From a virus, in IMG/VR virus record IMGVR_UViG_3300047564_003078, positions 1 through 64,000 of that record: a stretch of 64,000 nt of DNA; one strand, 5' to 3'. Positions 1-10,153 of this stretch are shown piece by piece; within the stretch, counting starts at the first letter, position 1, and each line of letters starts with the position of its first letter. Both the position numbers and the translations under genes were made by a program. A model generated the notes under the pieces. The model was not told where the DNA came from and made no database searches. It worked only from the letters and a program-made list of their open reading frames with translations.

Positions 1-38
1 TCACTTAACGTAGATACTATCTCTGAAGCAATAGTTTA

Positions 39-650
39 ATGAAACTAGCAATCTGTGTTCCTGCACGTGATACTGTTCATGCGGGATTTGCTAAAGCACT
101 GGCAAATCTCGCTGCACAGTTGCAGAAAGATGGCATAGATTACGAAATACTAATAAACTTAGGCAGTGTTATACCGCAACAGCGTAATACACTTGTGCAA
201 GAAGCACAACAAATCGATGCAACACACACGCTTTGGTTAGACAGTGATATGTATTTTCCAGCTAGTACAGTAAATCAATTGCTAAAACATAACAAGCCAA
301 TTGTTGCAGCTACTTATAGTACAAGGGTCAAACCTTTACGAAGCGTAGCGTTTGTTGACCGTGATGACCTAAATATCAGATTAACATCTAATGCTGGATT
401 GCACGAAGTATTTGGGGTCGGAATGGGCTGTATGCTGGTAGACATAGAAGTTTATAGATATGTTCAGCGTCCGTGGTTCCAGTACTTGTACAATCGAGAC
501 ACCCAAGATCTCAGCGGAGAAGATATTTGGTTTTGTCAATGTGCAAGAGATGCAGGCTATGAAATTTACGTTGATGCAGACCTAAGCAACAACGTAGCAC
601 ACTTTGGAACCAAAGCATTTTTAATAGGTGAAACCGATGACAGCATTTGA
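39..650 (+). CDS. GT-A fold (GT2-like) glycosyltransferase
   Basis: N-terminal ICVPARD, LWLDSD DxD motif, GMGCML and SGEDIWF motifs. Confidence 0.75.
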   Translation: MKLAICVPARDTVHAGFAKALANLAAQLQKDGIDYEILINLGSVIPQQRNTLVQEAQQIDATHTLWLDSDMYFPASTVNQLLKHNKPIVAATYSTRVKPLRSVAFVDRDDLNIRLTSNAGLHEVFGVGMGCMLVDIEVYRYVQRPWFQYLYNRDTQDLSGEDIWFCQCARDAGYEIYVDADLSNNVAHFGTKAFLIGETDDSI

Positions 651-3600
651 TATATTTGATCGTTTAGGACAAAAAACCTACACCGGTCAAGATATTCTTA
701 AAAATCATATCTTAAAAAGACATCCAATACATTACACAACTGACGTTGATGATTATTCACAAGTAGATCAATATGCAGATCAGCATGAATTTGTTTGGCT
801 TGTTGAAAAGGATTTTGAAGTTATAAGAAGTTTTCCTTGGTTTTTTGTTCCGGCAACAGAGGACAAAACCAGTGTACATTTATTTCCGTACATATACAAA
901 GCCAGCAAACGTATAAAGAGCTGGAAAAAAGTACAATTAGTACCTACTAAAAACAGAACAAATAAAAAAGTTACACAGAATCATATTGTGAATGTTTATG
1001 ACTTCTACAATGGCAAAGATAGCTTTGATATATTTTATCAAGGCAGTGAAACCGACGAACAGTATCTCAAACTACTAGAACGATTTAAAAATATAAGAAG
1101 CGTAGAAAGCTACTGGCAAGCACAAGAATTGTCAGAAACTGACATGTTCTGGTTAGTACCAAATGACATTGAAGTAAGTCCTATATTTAAATTTAGCTAC
1201 CAACCAGATGACTGGAGTCATAAATTCACGCACGTCTTTGTTAATGGAGATGATTGTAGAGATGGTATTGCATTGTTTCCAAAACAATATAATCCTACTG
1301 ACAAAGAATTAAGATATAGATACTACACAAATAAAAAAGAACTAAACATTGTAGCAAGTATTCCAAAAAAATATCCAATCTACAATTTTAAAAACTATCA
1401 AGAATACAAGTCTGTGCTGGATACTACAGACAGCGACTTGTTTTGGTTTGTTCCAGACGATGTGGAAGTTGCAAAGGATTTTGATTTTAGCACATACTTC
1501 GAACATAAAAATCAGTATGACAGAACAACCAACCACGAGTTTTTAAATGATGCTAACTATGACGGTATTGTACTGTTTAGTAAGCACAATCCTATTACTG
1601 AAAAAGAATTTGATCATAGATTTTATACAAATAAAAAACAATGGGAGGTGGTAGCAAGCCGGCCAAAAAAGTTTGATCAGTTTGTAGTTAATAACTATGC
1701 TGACTACAAACTGGCACTTGAGCGTAGCACTACTGAAATGTTTTTTGGTATACCCGACGATGTAGAGATTAATTCATCTTTTAAATTTGATACTTATTTT
1801 ACTCATCATAATCAGTATGACAGAAACATTACACATGTTTTTTTAAATGACAAAACCTATGATGGTGTAGTGTTGTTTAGTAAAAATATTCAATTAGCAG
1901 AACGTGAAGTAAACAACAGATTTTACGTGAAGAAAAAAGAATGGGAAATAGCAGCAAGCAAACCTAAACCATTTGACTTGTTTGATATCGACAGTTATCA
2001 AGATTATTTAGATGCAATTGCCAATAGCACCACACATTTGTTTTGGGCAAGCAGCAAAAATTTAAAAATCAACGATTTAGAAAAACTAGAAAATTTTTAT
2101 ATTAGTCATCACGAATTAGTAGACAGAAATCAAAATCATGTGTTTTTACATTATGCAAATGATACAGTTTATAAAAATGGCGTAATGCTGCTTAGTAAAA
2201 GTAAAAAGCTTACCGAAAAAGAAATACTGTATAGATTTCCGTTAGAACGCAAAGAATGGGAAATAGTTTTAAGTGGCCCTGTAGATTACAGTCAGTATAA
2301 CATCGAAACTTATGATGATTACCTTAGTGCTATGGAAAACAGCAAAACAGAATTGTTTTGGGCAACAACACACAACATTGATTTTACTATACCAAACATT
2401 TATTTTTCGCATGACAACGAATACGACAGAAAAAACAATCATGCCTTTGAGCATGTAGTAGATGGAAAAGTATTGTTTAATGGACTGTTTTTGTTGAGTA
2501 AACATAAACCACTAACACAACGAGAAATTGAACATAGACATATTATCGATGTAAAAGAATGGCCTATTGTAGGTTCTCACAAAACAGCATATGAAATATT
2601 TGATATAGAAACATATGAGCAGTATCTAGATGCTATCAAGACCAGTAATACTGAACTGTTTTGGATGTCTAGTCAAAATATAGATACAGCTGATTTTAAT
2701 TTCGATTTATATTTTTCACACGATAACAATTATGACAGAACACGTAATCATAGCTTTATTCATCGTGTAAACGGAAAAGATCACCGCAATGGAGTATTCT
2801 TATTAAGCAAACATGCTCCTGTAACTGAAAAAGAAATTGAACATAGATTTATTGTCAATGCTAAGGAATGGGATATTGTAGCAAGTGGTCCAGTTGAATA
2901 CGATAATTTTACTATTGACACATGGAACGATTATGTTGATGCTGTAAGACATTCGACTACAGAATTGTTTTGGGCAACATCTAACAACATAGACACAGAC
3001 GACTTTGACTTTAGCAGTGTTTATTTTACACATGACAACGAGTATGATAGAAAAATAAATCATTGTTTCTCTCATTTAGTAGATGGTGTAAAACATTACA
3101 ACGGTTTAATGTTACTAAGCAAGCATTCTCAACTGACTCCTCGTGAAGTTGAACATAGATTTCCTGTAAACAGAAAAGAATGGGATACAAATGCAAGTAA
3201 ACCGGTACAATATGATTTCTACAACATCGAAACATACAACGATTATATCAATGCATTAGATGATGTAGGAACCGAATTGTTTTGGGCTGCATCAAAAAAC
3301 ATAGAAGTTTACGACGAACTCGTAAAACAAATATATTTTACTCATGATAACGAGTATGATAGAAAAACCAATCATAGTTTTGTTCATCGTGTAGATGGCA
3401 AAGATTATCGCAATGGATTGTTTCTATTAAGCAAACATGCAATTGTAAGTCAAAAAGAAATAGAACACAGATTTATCGTTAATGCCAAGCAATGGAAAAC
3501 TGTAGGTAGTACAAATAAACAATATAATAAATTTACAATTAACAATTACGACGATTACATCCTTGCACTACAAGAATCAGATACAGAAATGTTTTGGGGA

Positions 3601-5130
3601 GTTCCCGATGATGTAATTGTAGATCCTAATTTTACATTTGATTTGTATTTTACTCATGACAACGAGTACGATCGCAAAACAACTCATGTGATGCTCAATG
3701 GAGAACATAGAGATGGTATTGTACTGTTTAGTAAACATGCACCTGTTACACAAAAAGAAGTTGAGAATAGATTTTACATAAACAAAAAAGATTGGGACAT
3801 TATAGCAAGTACACCAAAGCCGTATGAATTTTATAACATTGTAAGTTACAACGATTATCTCGAAGCTTTGGAAAATTCGCCTACTGAACTGTTTTGGGCA
3901 AGTACTCCTAACATTAAACTCAACAAAGACTTTGATGCTAATTTATATTTTAGTCATCATAACACATACGATCGTAGTATTAATCACACTTTTGTACATC
4001 GTGCCAACGGTGAAGATCATTACAATGGATTGTTCTTGTTGACAAAACGTGCTCCTCTAACAGAAAAAGAAATTGAGTATAGACTAATAGCAAAGCGTAA
4101 ATCATGGGATATAGTTGCAAGCGGTCCTGTAGAATACGAAAAGTTTATTGTAGACACATACGAAGATTACGAAACTGCAAGAAATTCCAGTGAGACTGAA
4201 ATGTTCTGGATGATACCTCCAGAAGTAAATGTTGATCCTAATTTTAAATTTGATCTATACTTTACTCACGATCAATGGTTTGAACGTAAAACAAATCATG
4301 TGTTTATGAACGGTAATGCGTGGGATGGCATTAGTCTAGTAAACAAAAAGTCTCTGATAACTGATCGTGAGATACGTATGCGTTTTCTTGCAAATAAAAA
4401 ACAATACAATATTGTTGCAAGTAACCCAACACTTTATGATATTGTGTTTATCAGCAAAGACGAAGAACATGCAGATATAAATTACAACAAACTTGTAGAA
4501 CGTTTTCCAAGAGCAAAACGTATACACGGAGTTGAAGGCATTCATGCTGCACACATTGCGGCAGCAAAACAGTGTAATACAGATATGATTTGGATTGTAG
4601 ATGCTGACGCTGAAATCATAGATAAATTTAATTTTGATTATTACGTTCCGGCATATGATCCTGATAGCAGAAAAACTGTTCACGTCTGGAAATCACAAAA
4701 CCCAATTAATGGATTGGTTTATGGATATGGGGCTGTAAAACTGTTGCCAAGAACGTTAACTTTAAATATGGATACAACCAAGCCTGATATGACCACAAGT
4801 ATCAGTCCGTTGTTTAAAACTATAAATCGTATCAGTAATGTTACACGGTTCAACACAGACGAGTTTAGTACTTGGCGTAGTGCATTTAGAGAATGCGTAA
4901 AACTTTCAAGTAAAATAATAAACGGTCAGCTTGATGAGGAAACTGAATTTAGATTGAATGTATGGTGTACTCGTGGTAAAGACAAACCGTTTGGACCTGC
5001 TGCAATCAGCGGTGCTAATCTCGGCAAAGAATACGGAGAAAAACACCGTGATTCTACGCAAGAGTTGCGTAGAATAAATGACTTTGATTGGTTAAGAGAA
5101 CAGTTTGATCAAAGTAAAAACAGTTTCTAA
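628..5130 (+). CDS. 1500-aa protein of 13 tandem ~100-aa GT-A-like units; only the last has an intact DxD
   Basis: Recurring TE(L/M)FW...YF(S/T)HDNxYDR...NG(L/V)FLLSK...EIEHRF...KEW units; C-terminal unit has TDMIWIVDAD. Confidence 0.7.
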   Translation: MKPMTAFDIFDRLGQKTYTGQDILKNHILKRHPIHYTTDVDDYSQVDQYADQHEFVWLVEKDFEVIRSFPWFFVPATEDKTSVHLFPYIYKASKRIKSWKKVQLVPTKNRTNKKVTQNHIVNVYDFYNGKDSFDIFYQGSETDEQYLKLLERFKNIRSVESYWQAQELSETDMFWLVPNDIEVSPIFKFSYQPDDWSHKFTHVFVNGDDCRDGIALFPKQYNPTDKELRYRYYTNKKELNIVASIPKKYPIYNFKNYQEYKSVLDTTDSDLFWFVPDDVEVAKDFDFSTYFEHKNQYDRTTNHEFLNDANYDGIVLFSKHNPITEKEFDHRFYTNKKQWEVVASRPKKFDQFVVNNYADYKLALERSTTEMFFGIPDDVEINSSFKFDTYFTHHNQYDRNITHVFLNDKTYDGVVLFSKNIQLAEREVNNRFYVKKKEWEIAASKPKPFDLFDIDSYQDYLDAIANSTTHLFWASSKNLKINDLEKLENFYISHHELVDRNQNHVFLHYANDTVYKNGVMLLSKSKKLTEKEILYRFPLERKEWEIVLSGPVDYSQYNIETYDDYLSAMENSKTELFWATTHNIDFTIPNIYFSHDNEYDRKNNHAFEHVVDGKVLFNGLFLLSKHKPLTQREIEHRHIIDVKEWPIVGSHKTAYEIFDIETYEQYLDAIKTSNTELFWMSSQNIDTADFNFDLYFSHDNNYDRTRNHSFIHRVNGKDHRNGVFLLSKHAPVTEKEIEHRFIVNAKEWDIVASGPVEYDNFTIDTWNDYVDAVRHSTTELFWATSNNIDTDDFDFSSVYFTHDNEYDRKINHCFSHLVDGVKHYNGLMLLSKHSQLTPREVEHRFPVNRKEWDTNASKPVQYDFYNIETYNDYINALDDVGTELFWAASKNIEVYDELVKQIYFTHDNEYDRKTNHSFVHRVDGKDYRNGLFLLSKHAIVSQKEIEHRFIVNAKQWKTVGSTNKQYNKFTINNYDDYILALQESDTEMFWGVPDDVIVDPNFTFDLYFTHDNEYDRKTTHVMLNGEHRDGIVLFSKHAPVTQKEVENRFYINKKDWDIIASTPKPYEFYNIVSYNDYLEALENSPTELFWASTPNIKLNKDFDANLYFSHHNTYDRSINHTFVHRANGEDHYNGLFLLTKRAPLTEKEIEYRLIAKRKSWDIVASGPVEYEKFIVDTYEDYETARNSSETEMFWMIPPEVNVDPNFKFDLYFTHDQWFERKTNHVFMNGNAWDGISLVNKKSLITDREIRMRFLANKKQYNIVASNPTLYDIVFISKDEEHADINYNKLVERFPRAKRIHGVEGIHAAHIAAAKQCNTDMIWIVDADAEIIDKFNFDYYVPAYDPDSRKTVHVWKSQNPINGLVYGYGAVKLLPRTLTLNMDTTKPDMTTSISPLFKTINRISNVTRFNTDEFSTWRSAFRECVKLSSKIINGQLDEETEFRLNVWCTRGKDKPFGPAAISGANLGKEYGEKHRDSTQELRRINDFDWLREQFDQSKNSF

Positions 5131-5526
5131 CTTTTTTTGATTGGTTTTACTTCTTAGAGTATTGGATAACCCATGATGTAACGGCTTTGGCCATTTGCCA
5201 AAGTTTACCCAGGCGTATCCGTCGTGTTCGCTATTAAGCTTTGGTATAAATTCATTTTCAACTACACATAGGTAAGTGTGAAAATAAAAATGATTATCGT
5301 TGCTTACAAACGTTTCTAAAGGAATTGTTTTTTTAATGTCAGGCAAAGATCCAATTTCTTCTTCAATTTCTCGTTTTAGGCCTTCCCAAGGAGTTTCTTT
5401 TTCCTCATTGGTTCCGCCTACTAATCCCCAAACATCATTTTGTTTACTTTGAGTACGATGTAATAATAAAAATCTATTGGTATCTAAGGTGTAAAATAAA
5501 GCACCACTACAAATTATTTTCTTCAT
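5092..5526 (-). CDS. NUDIX hydrolase
   Basis: Nudix box GGTNEEKETPWEGLKREIEEEIG. Confidence 0.9.
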   Translation of the reverse strand: MKKIICSGALFYTLDTNRFLLLHRTQSKQNDVWGLVGGTNEEKETPWEGLKREIEEEIGSLPDIKKTIPLETFVSNDNHFYFHTYLCVVENEFIPKLNSEHDGYAWVNFGKWPKPLHHGLSNTLRSKTNQKKLETVFTLIKLFS

Positions 5527-5534
5527 ACAAATAG

Positions 5535-7058
5535 TTATGCGTCTAAATACAACATCCAGGTGCCATGTGAATATTCACCTTCGTAGGATTGTATCCATTC
5601 TGTGCCTGTCCACTTGTATTGTGTTCCTGTTGTGAGATTGCTAATGTAAGTTATATCAGTTGCATCAGTTGCATCAAACACAACATGCCAACGAGATCCG
5701 TCCCATTCTACAATGTCACCGTATCCAGCCACAAAATCGTAACTGCCGTTAACCAATATACTGTGTTTCCATGCATCCGGGCCGTCATATGCAAATGTAT
5801 ATGGTGTTTCACCAACTGTCTGTCCTACATTTTCGCTTGGATTTAAATCGCCTAAGATCATCAAACGTAATCCGGGTGTTTTGTCATTTGTAGGATTGTA
5901 GGTTAGAGGATCTACAATTTTGTCAAGTGTACTCCAACTACTGGGATTTCTAGCAGGACCTTCTAGTACATTGTTTGTTGGCAATGTATCCATGTCCCAA
6001 TTAATAGAAATTTCAGTTTCATTTAGCGGATTAATTGTAAACGTTCCTATAACATAATTAGTAGAATCAGATTTTCTTAGTCTTATTTGACTTATACCTG
6101 CTTTGTAAGTGCCCGGATAGCTGTCAGTAATAATACGCCAACTTACAGTGCCGACAACATTTTTATCAATGATTTGTCCTGTTGTTGATGTAATGTACAC
6201 TCCATAATTTCTATATGTAGTACTCAATGTTGCTCTATTGTCGGATGTAGGAGAAACTGTCAATGAAGTATCAATATCAACATTGCCGTCTTGAACTGTA
6301 GTTGTGGTGCTGTTGCTAACTGGAAATTGTTCATCGCTATACGCACTAATTTCTGGATAACTTTCTCCTAGATTTATGGTGCCTATTTGTTCGTTAAAAA
6401 TACTTGTTATAACATTAGTAATTACACCTAGACGTTTTACTTTAGCTGGCGGAGAAATATAAATCGGTGTACTAAATGCTAGAGTAGCAATGTCTATTTC
6501 GCTTTCAACACCTACAGGAATACTTCTACTACTAAATTCAGTTCTTTCTAGATTGACTACACTTAAACTTGTCCAATCCACAAAATTGTCTGTGGTTTGA
6601 ATTTCCAAGCTTGGGTTGAACAACATTAAAATCTGTTCTAATATTTGAAGTTTTTGATCAGTGTTTGTTGTCCATATATCAACATTTACACTTAGTGTAT
6701 ATGGTGTAGGCATTAAACGTTCAACTGTATAATTTTTGCCTTGTGTATTTAGATATTCATTACCATCAGCATCAAATGCTCTTTCTCTAATATTAACTTT
6801 ACTTACATAACTACTATCGCTGGTTCTATTTCTATCCATTTCTAAACCGGTAACATAAACAGCCATGCGTGGAGCACTAGGTAGTTTATTTTCAGAATTA
6901 TCTCTCATAATACTGGCAACTTGTCTTGACAGATCTCCGTAAGTCACTGGCACTTGACGCAAACTTCCTTCGCCGTCTTTGTAGCTAAAATTGCTCATCA
7001 TTCTAACAATCTGAGTAATATATCTTCGTATTTGACCGTCATAAAAGTGAAGACTCAT
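5535..7058 (-). CDS. gp15: T4 gp15-like tail terminator/sheath stabiliser with C-terminal extension
   Basis: HFYDGQIRRY...VPVTYG...PRM...PTPY...QILEQIL..FNP pattern; next to gp14/gp13. Confidence 0.75.
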   Translation of the reverse strand: MSLHFYDGQIRRYITQIVRMMSNFSYKDGEGSLRQVPVTYGDLSRQVASIMRDNSENKLPSAPRMAVYVTGLEMDRNRTSDSSYVSKVNIRERAFDADGNEYLNTQGKNYTVERLMPTPYTLSVNVDIWTTNTDQKLQILEQILMLFNPSLEIQTTDNFVDWTSLSVVNLERTEFSSRSIPVGVESEIDIATLAFSTPIYISPPAKVKRLGVITNVITSIFNEQIGTINLGESYPEISAYSDEQFPVSNSTTTTVQDGNVDIDTSLTVSPTSDNRATLSTTYRNYGVYITSTTGQIIDKNVVGTVSWRIITDSYPGTYKAGISQIRLRKSDSTNYVIGTFTINPLNETEISINWDMDTLPTNNVLEGPARNPSSWSTLDKIVDPLTYNPTNDKTPGLRLMILGDLNPSENVGQTVGETPYTFAYDGPDAWKHSILVNGSYDFVAGYGDIVEWDGSRWHVVFDATDATDITYISNLTTGTQYKWTGTEWIQSYEGEYSHGTWMLYLDA

Positions 7059-7579
7059 TATTCTTTCTCCATCCAGACTCGTTTTCCATCAACTAGTTTC
7101 CAAGTTTTATTTTTAAGCATTTTTTTAAGTTTTTCTTGCACTGGTTTTAATTTCTCTTTTTGCTCTTCTGACCAAGTCCATCCGGAAGTTTTTTTAGTTT
7201 TTGTAAAAGTATCTTTGCCAAGTTCTCTTCTTCGTTGATGTGCTTTTATTTGTGCCTCACTCATGCGTTTTTTACTTTCGTTTGAGTGAAGTTTATTTCC
7301 GCCACCTTCTCTCAAATTATAACCGTTTTCGATCGAATTAAATTTTTTTATATAAAAATCTTCTAGGTAGTTTAATTCATCTATCGACGACGCAAACACA
7401 ATTACTTCCCAATCAAACGCATCCACGCCATATTTTCTTATAGCGTTATGAAAATGATATGTTTTTTTAGTATGTCGTGCATTAGAAATATGCTCGAGTC
7501 GTCGTTGATTAGGATCTTGCACAGATTGCCCGATATACGTCATACCCGATTCTTTATGTGTCCACTTATAGATATGCAT
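7058..7579 (-). mobile_element. Free-standing GIY-YIG (Seg-like) homing endonuclease gene
   Basis: HIYKW...YIGQS, conserved R and E, NGYNLREGG, NUMOD3-like HSNESKKRMSEA; TAATG stop/start overlaps on both sides. Confidence 0.85.
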
Positions 7580-8730
7580 TAATTATCCGCCTTTGGCCTT
7601 AGTGCTTTACTCAAGCTCTGACGCTCTTCTACAATGTCTCCACCGATTGTATTTGTTGTGGTGTTGTTTACAAATGTAGTTTTTTGAGTTTTTCTTGTAG
7701 TAGTATTAGACATGGTCATTCTTACGTTATCTTCGACTTTGACCCAGCGTCTTCCGTCGTATCTAAACAATCTGTTTGGCATAAAGTCAGTTCTTAAAAA
7801 ATAGTCTCCTTCGGCACTGGAAGTTGGAAATCCAATACCGCTGCCAAATGCTTCGCCGTTTGGAGCAATTCCATCTCCTAGAAGATATCCTGTATATCCT
7901 TCACGTTCAGGACTTTTAGAAATTCTGTCAGCAAGTGCAGAACTAGTTGCATCTAATGTATTAATATCTGTTGTTAGTAACTCTGGTCTTCCTTGTTCGT
8001 CAACTTGCAATGTATAAAAATGACTGGTTTCATAACCACTTAGACGAGCATCAGCTTCTGCTTGTGCAACTACAGCATTGTTTATTTGCATATCTTTTTC
8101 AAAAGTGCTTAACACATCTCTAAGAGTATTTTCACCATCACCTGCTGGAAGATCTAGTATGTCCTTGTATTCTTGACTGTCTAATATTTGTTTTAATTTA
8201 ATTCTATACAAATGAGGATACCAAGTTTGACTGAATCCTTCGGCAGCTCGGTTTACATCTTCGACGACATAAAATCTTTTAAGAGCAACACTGTAATCAT
8301 TTAATGCATACTCATCTTTTAGATGAGGTAATTCTATTACATCGCCTGGCATGATTTTTCTGCCTAAGGTTTTTACAGTAGCATTAATGTGTATGGTCAT
8401 AAAAAGAGTATCATTGCTCAAGAATAATCCAAATTGACTTAGATTAAAATCGTTATCACTGACATTGTAAACTCCTCGTATAGAGTAAATATCAGGATCA
8501 TATTTTCTGTCTCGATTTTCTAAGAACAACATATCTTGAATGTTTGTTTCTTTGATAACATCGTACTGAGGTTGATCTGCGGTTGCATTACCGTCACTAG
8601 GATTTTTTGGTCCTAGATATTTGTGAACAAAAGCATCAGTACCGCCTACAGAAAATTGTTCAAGAACAATTCTATCTATAAATTCGTAGTCTGATGTTTT
8701 ATTTGGTCTATATAAACTAAGTCTTGGCAT
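7579..8730 (-). CDS. gp14: T4 gp14-like neck protein (start re-set to ATG 8730, MPRLSLY)
   Basis: LSQFGLFL..D...T.H and PGDVIELP motifs; TAAATA-N5-ATG upstream. Confidence 0.7.
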   Translation of the reverse strand: MPRLSLYRPNKTSDYEFIDRIVLEQFSVGGTDAFVHKYLGPKNPSDGNATADQPQYDVIKETNIQDMLFLENRDRKYDPDIYSIRGVYNVSDNDFNLSQFGLFLSNDTLFMTIHINATVKTLGRKIMPGDVIELPHLKDEYALNDYSVALKRFYVVEDVNRAAEGFSQTWYPHLYRIKLKQILDSQEYKDILDLPAGDGENTLRDVLSTFEKDMQINNAVVAQAEADARLSGYETSHFYTLQVDEQGRPELLTTDINTLDATSSALADRISKSPEREGYTGYLLGDGIAPNGEAFGSGIGFPTSSAEGDYFLRTDFMPNRLFRYDGRRWVKVEDNVRMTMSNTTTRKTQKTTFVNNTTTNTIGGDIVEERQSLSKALRPKADN

Positions 8731-8735
8731 ACGTA

Positions 8736-8750
8736 TATTTAGCATAAATA
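8736..8750. promoter_or_regulatory. Back-to-back divergent T4-type late promoters (TAAATA on each strand)
   Basis: tattta-gca-taaata between gp14 (minus) and gp13 (plus). Confidence 0.65.
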
Positions 8751-8765
8751 CTGTTGGAGACAAAT

Positions 8766-9530
8766 ATGGCCGACAATGAATTAGTAACCCAGAAACAAGA
8801 AGTATTTGATTATGTGCATGCCTTTCTTGGCGGCGGCATGGTTGACGTAGAATTAGATCCTATACATTACGAAACTGCATTGACCAAAGCACTCACACGC
8901 TATCGTCAACGCAGCGATGCTAGTGTTGAAGAAAGCTATATTGCTTTGAGATTGGTAGAAGATCAAAACGATTACATTCTTCCACATGAAATAATGGAAG
9001 TGCGTCAAATATTTAGACGTAGTGTAGGATCTCGTAGTGGTGGCGGAGATGGTAGTTCGCTATACGAACCGTTTAACCTTGCATACACAAACACCTATTT
9101 ACTTGCAGGATCAGGAATGGGCGGACTTGCAACTTATGAATTATTTGCAGGACAGCAAGAACTTGTAGGACGTATGTTTGGTAGTTTTATTGAGTTTAAC
9201 TGGTCTCGTTCTACAAAAAAATTACAAATATTACAAAGACCTCGTGCAGGTGAAGAAGTATTGTTATGGTGTTACAACTATCGCCCAGATAGTCAATTGT
9301 TAACCGACTATCTTGCAAAACAGTGGATTAAAGATTTTACGTTGGCTAGTTGCAAATACATGCTAGGTGAAGCTAGAGAAAAATTTGCCACTATTGCAGG
9401 ACCACAAGGCGGAACAACACTAAATGGTACAAGTTTAAAAGCTGAAGCACAAGCTGAAATGGAAAAGCTAGAAAACGAAGTAAGTTTAGCAGTTCCGGGT
9501 GGAACAGGTTACGGATTTTTAATTGGTTAA
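8766..9530 (+). CDS. gp13: T4 gp13-like neck protein (start re-set to ATG 8766)
   Basis: LGGGMVDVEL, WIKDFTLA..K..LGEAREKF..IAGPQGGTTLNG; GGAG SD upstream. Confidence 0.8.
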   Translation: MADNELVTQKQEVFDYVHAFLGGGMVDVELDPIHYETALTKALTRYRQRSDASVEESYIALRLVEDQNDYILPHEIMEVRQIFRRSVGSRSGGGDGSSLYEPFNLAYTNTYLLAGSGMGGLATYELFAGQQELVGRMFGSFIEFNWSRSTKKLQILQRPRAGEEVLLWCYNYRPDSQLLTDYLAKQWIKDFTLASCKYMLGEAREKFATIAGPQGGTTLNGTSLKAEAQAEMEKLENEVSLAVPGGTGYGFLIG

Positions 9531-9567
9531 TGGTTGACATACTTTTAAAAATATCATAATATAACAC

Positions 9568-10065
9568 ATGAGAAAAAAATTACTAATTATTGGACATGGC
9601 AGACATGGTAAAGATACTGTCTGCGAAATGCTACGTGATAAGTATGGATATAGCTTTGAATCGAGCAGCCAGTTCTGCTCTAAACTGTTTATCTTTGACC
9701 AACTAAAGGACAATTATGGATACGCTAATGAAGAACAGTGTTATGCTGACCGGCACAATCACAGAGCAGAATGGTATGATGCTATCTGCAATTATAATGT
9801 TCCTGATGCAAGTCGCTTAGGTAGAGAAATATTTCGGGCACATGACATTTATTGCGGACTACGCAATAAGCGTGAATTTTTTGCTATGAAAAACACAGGT
9901 GTTTTTGACTATGCAATTTGGGTTGATAGAATCGACCATCTGCCTCCGGAATCAAAAGATTCAATGAGCCTCGAACAGTGGATGGCTGATTTTACAATTG
10001 ACAACAATGGAACGTTAAGTGAATTGGAATTTAATGTGGATCAATTGATTAATTACATTCATTAA
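9568..10065 (+). CDS. Deoxynucleoside monophosphate kinase (T4 gp1-like)
   Basis: P-loop GHGRHGKDT, C-terminal IDNNGTL; sigma70-like TTGACA at 9534. Confidence 0.7.
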   Translation: MRKKLLIIGHGRHGKDTVCEMLRDKYGYSFESSSQFCSKLFIFDQLKDNYGYANEEQCYADRHNHRAEWYDAICNYNVPDASRLGREIFRAHDIYCGLRNKREFFAMKNTGVFDYAIWVDRIDHLPPESKDSMSLEQWMADFTIDNNGTLSELEFNVDQLINYIH

Positions 10066-10153
10066 CTACTAATATTACCTGCAAAACCCCATTTTTCTAC
10101 TCGTATTAGCTAAATAACTATAACAACATTAGATCCACGAGGAGAAAATTAAA

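Noticed and set aside
7058-7579. Group I intron around the endonuclease
   Set aside because: No flanking non-coding sequence; both neighbours are complete genes joined by TAATG overlaps
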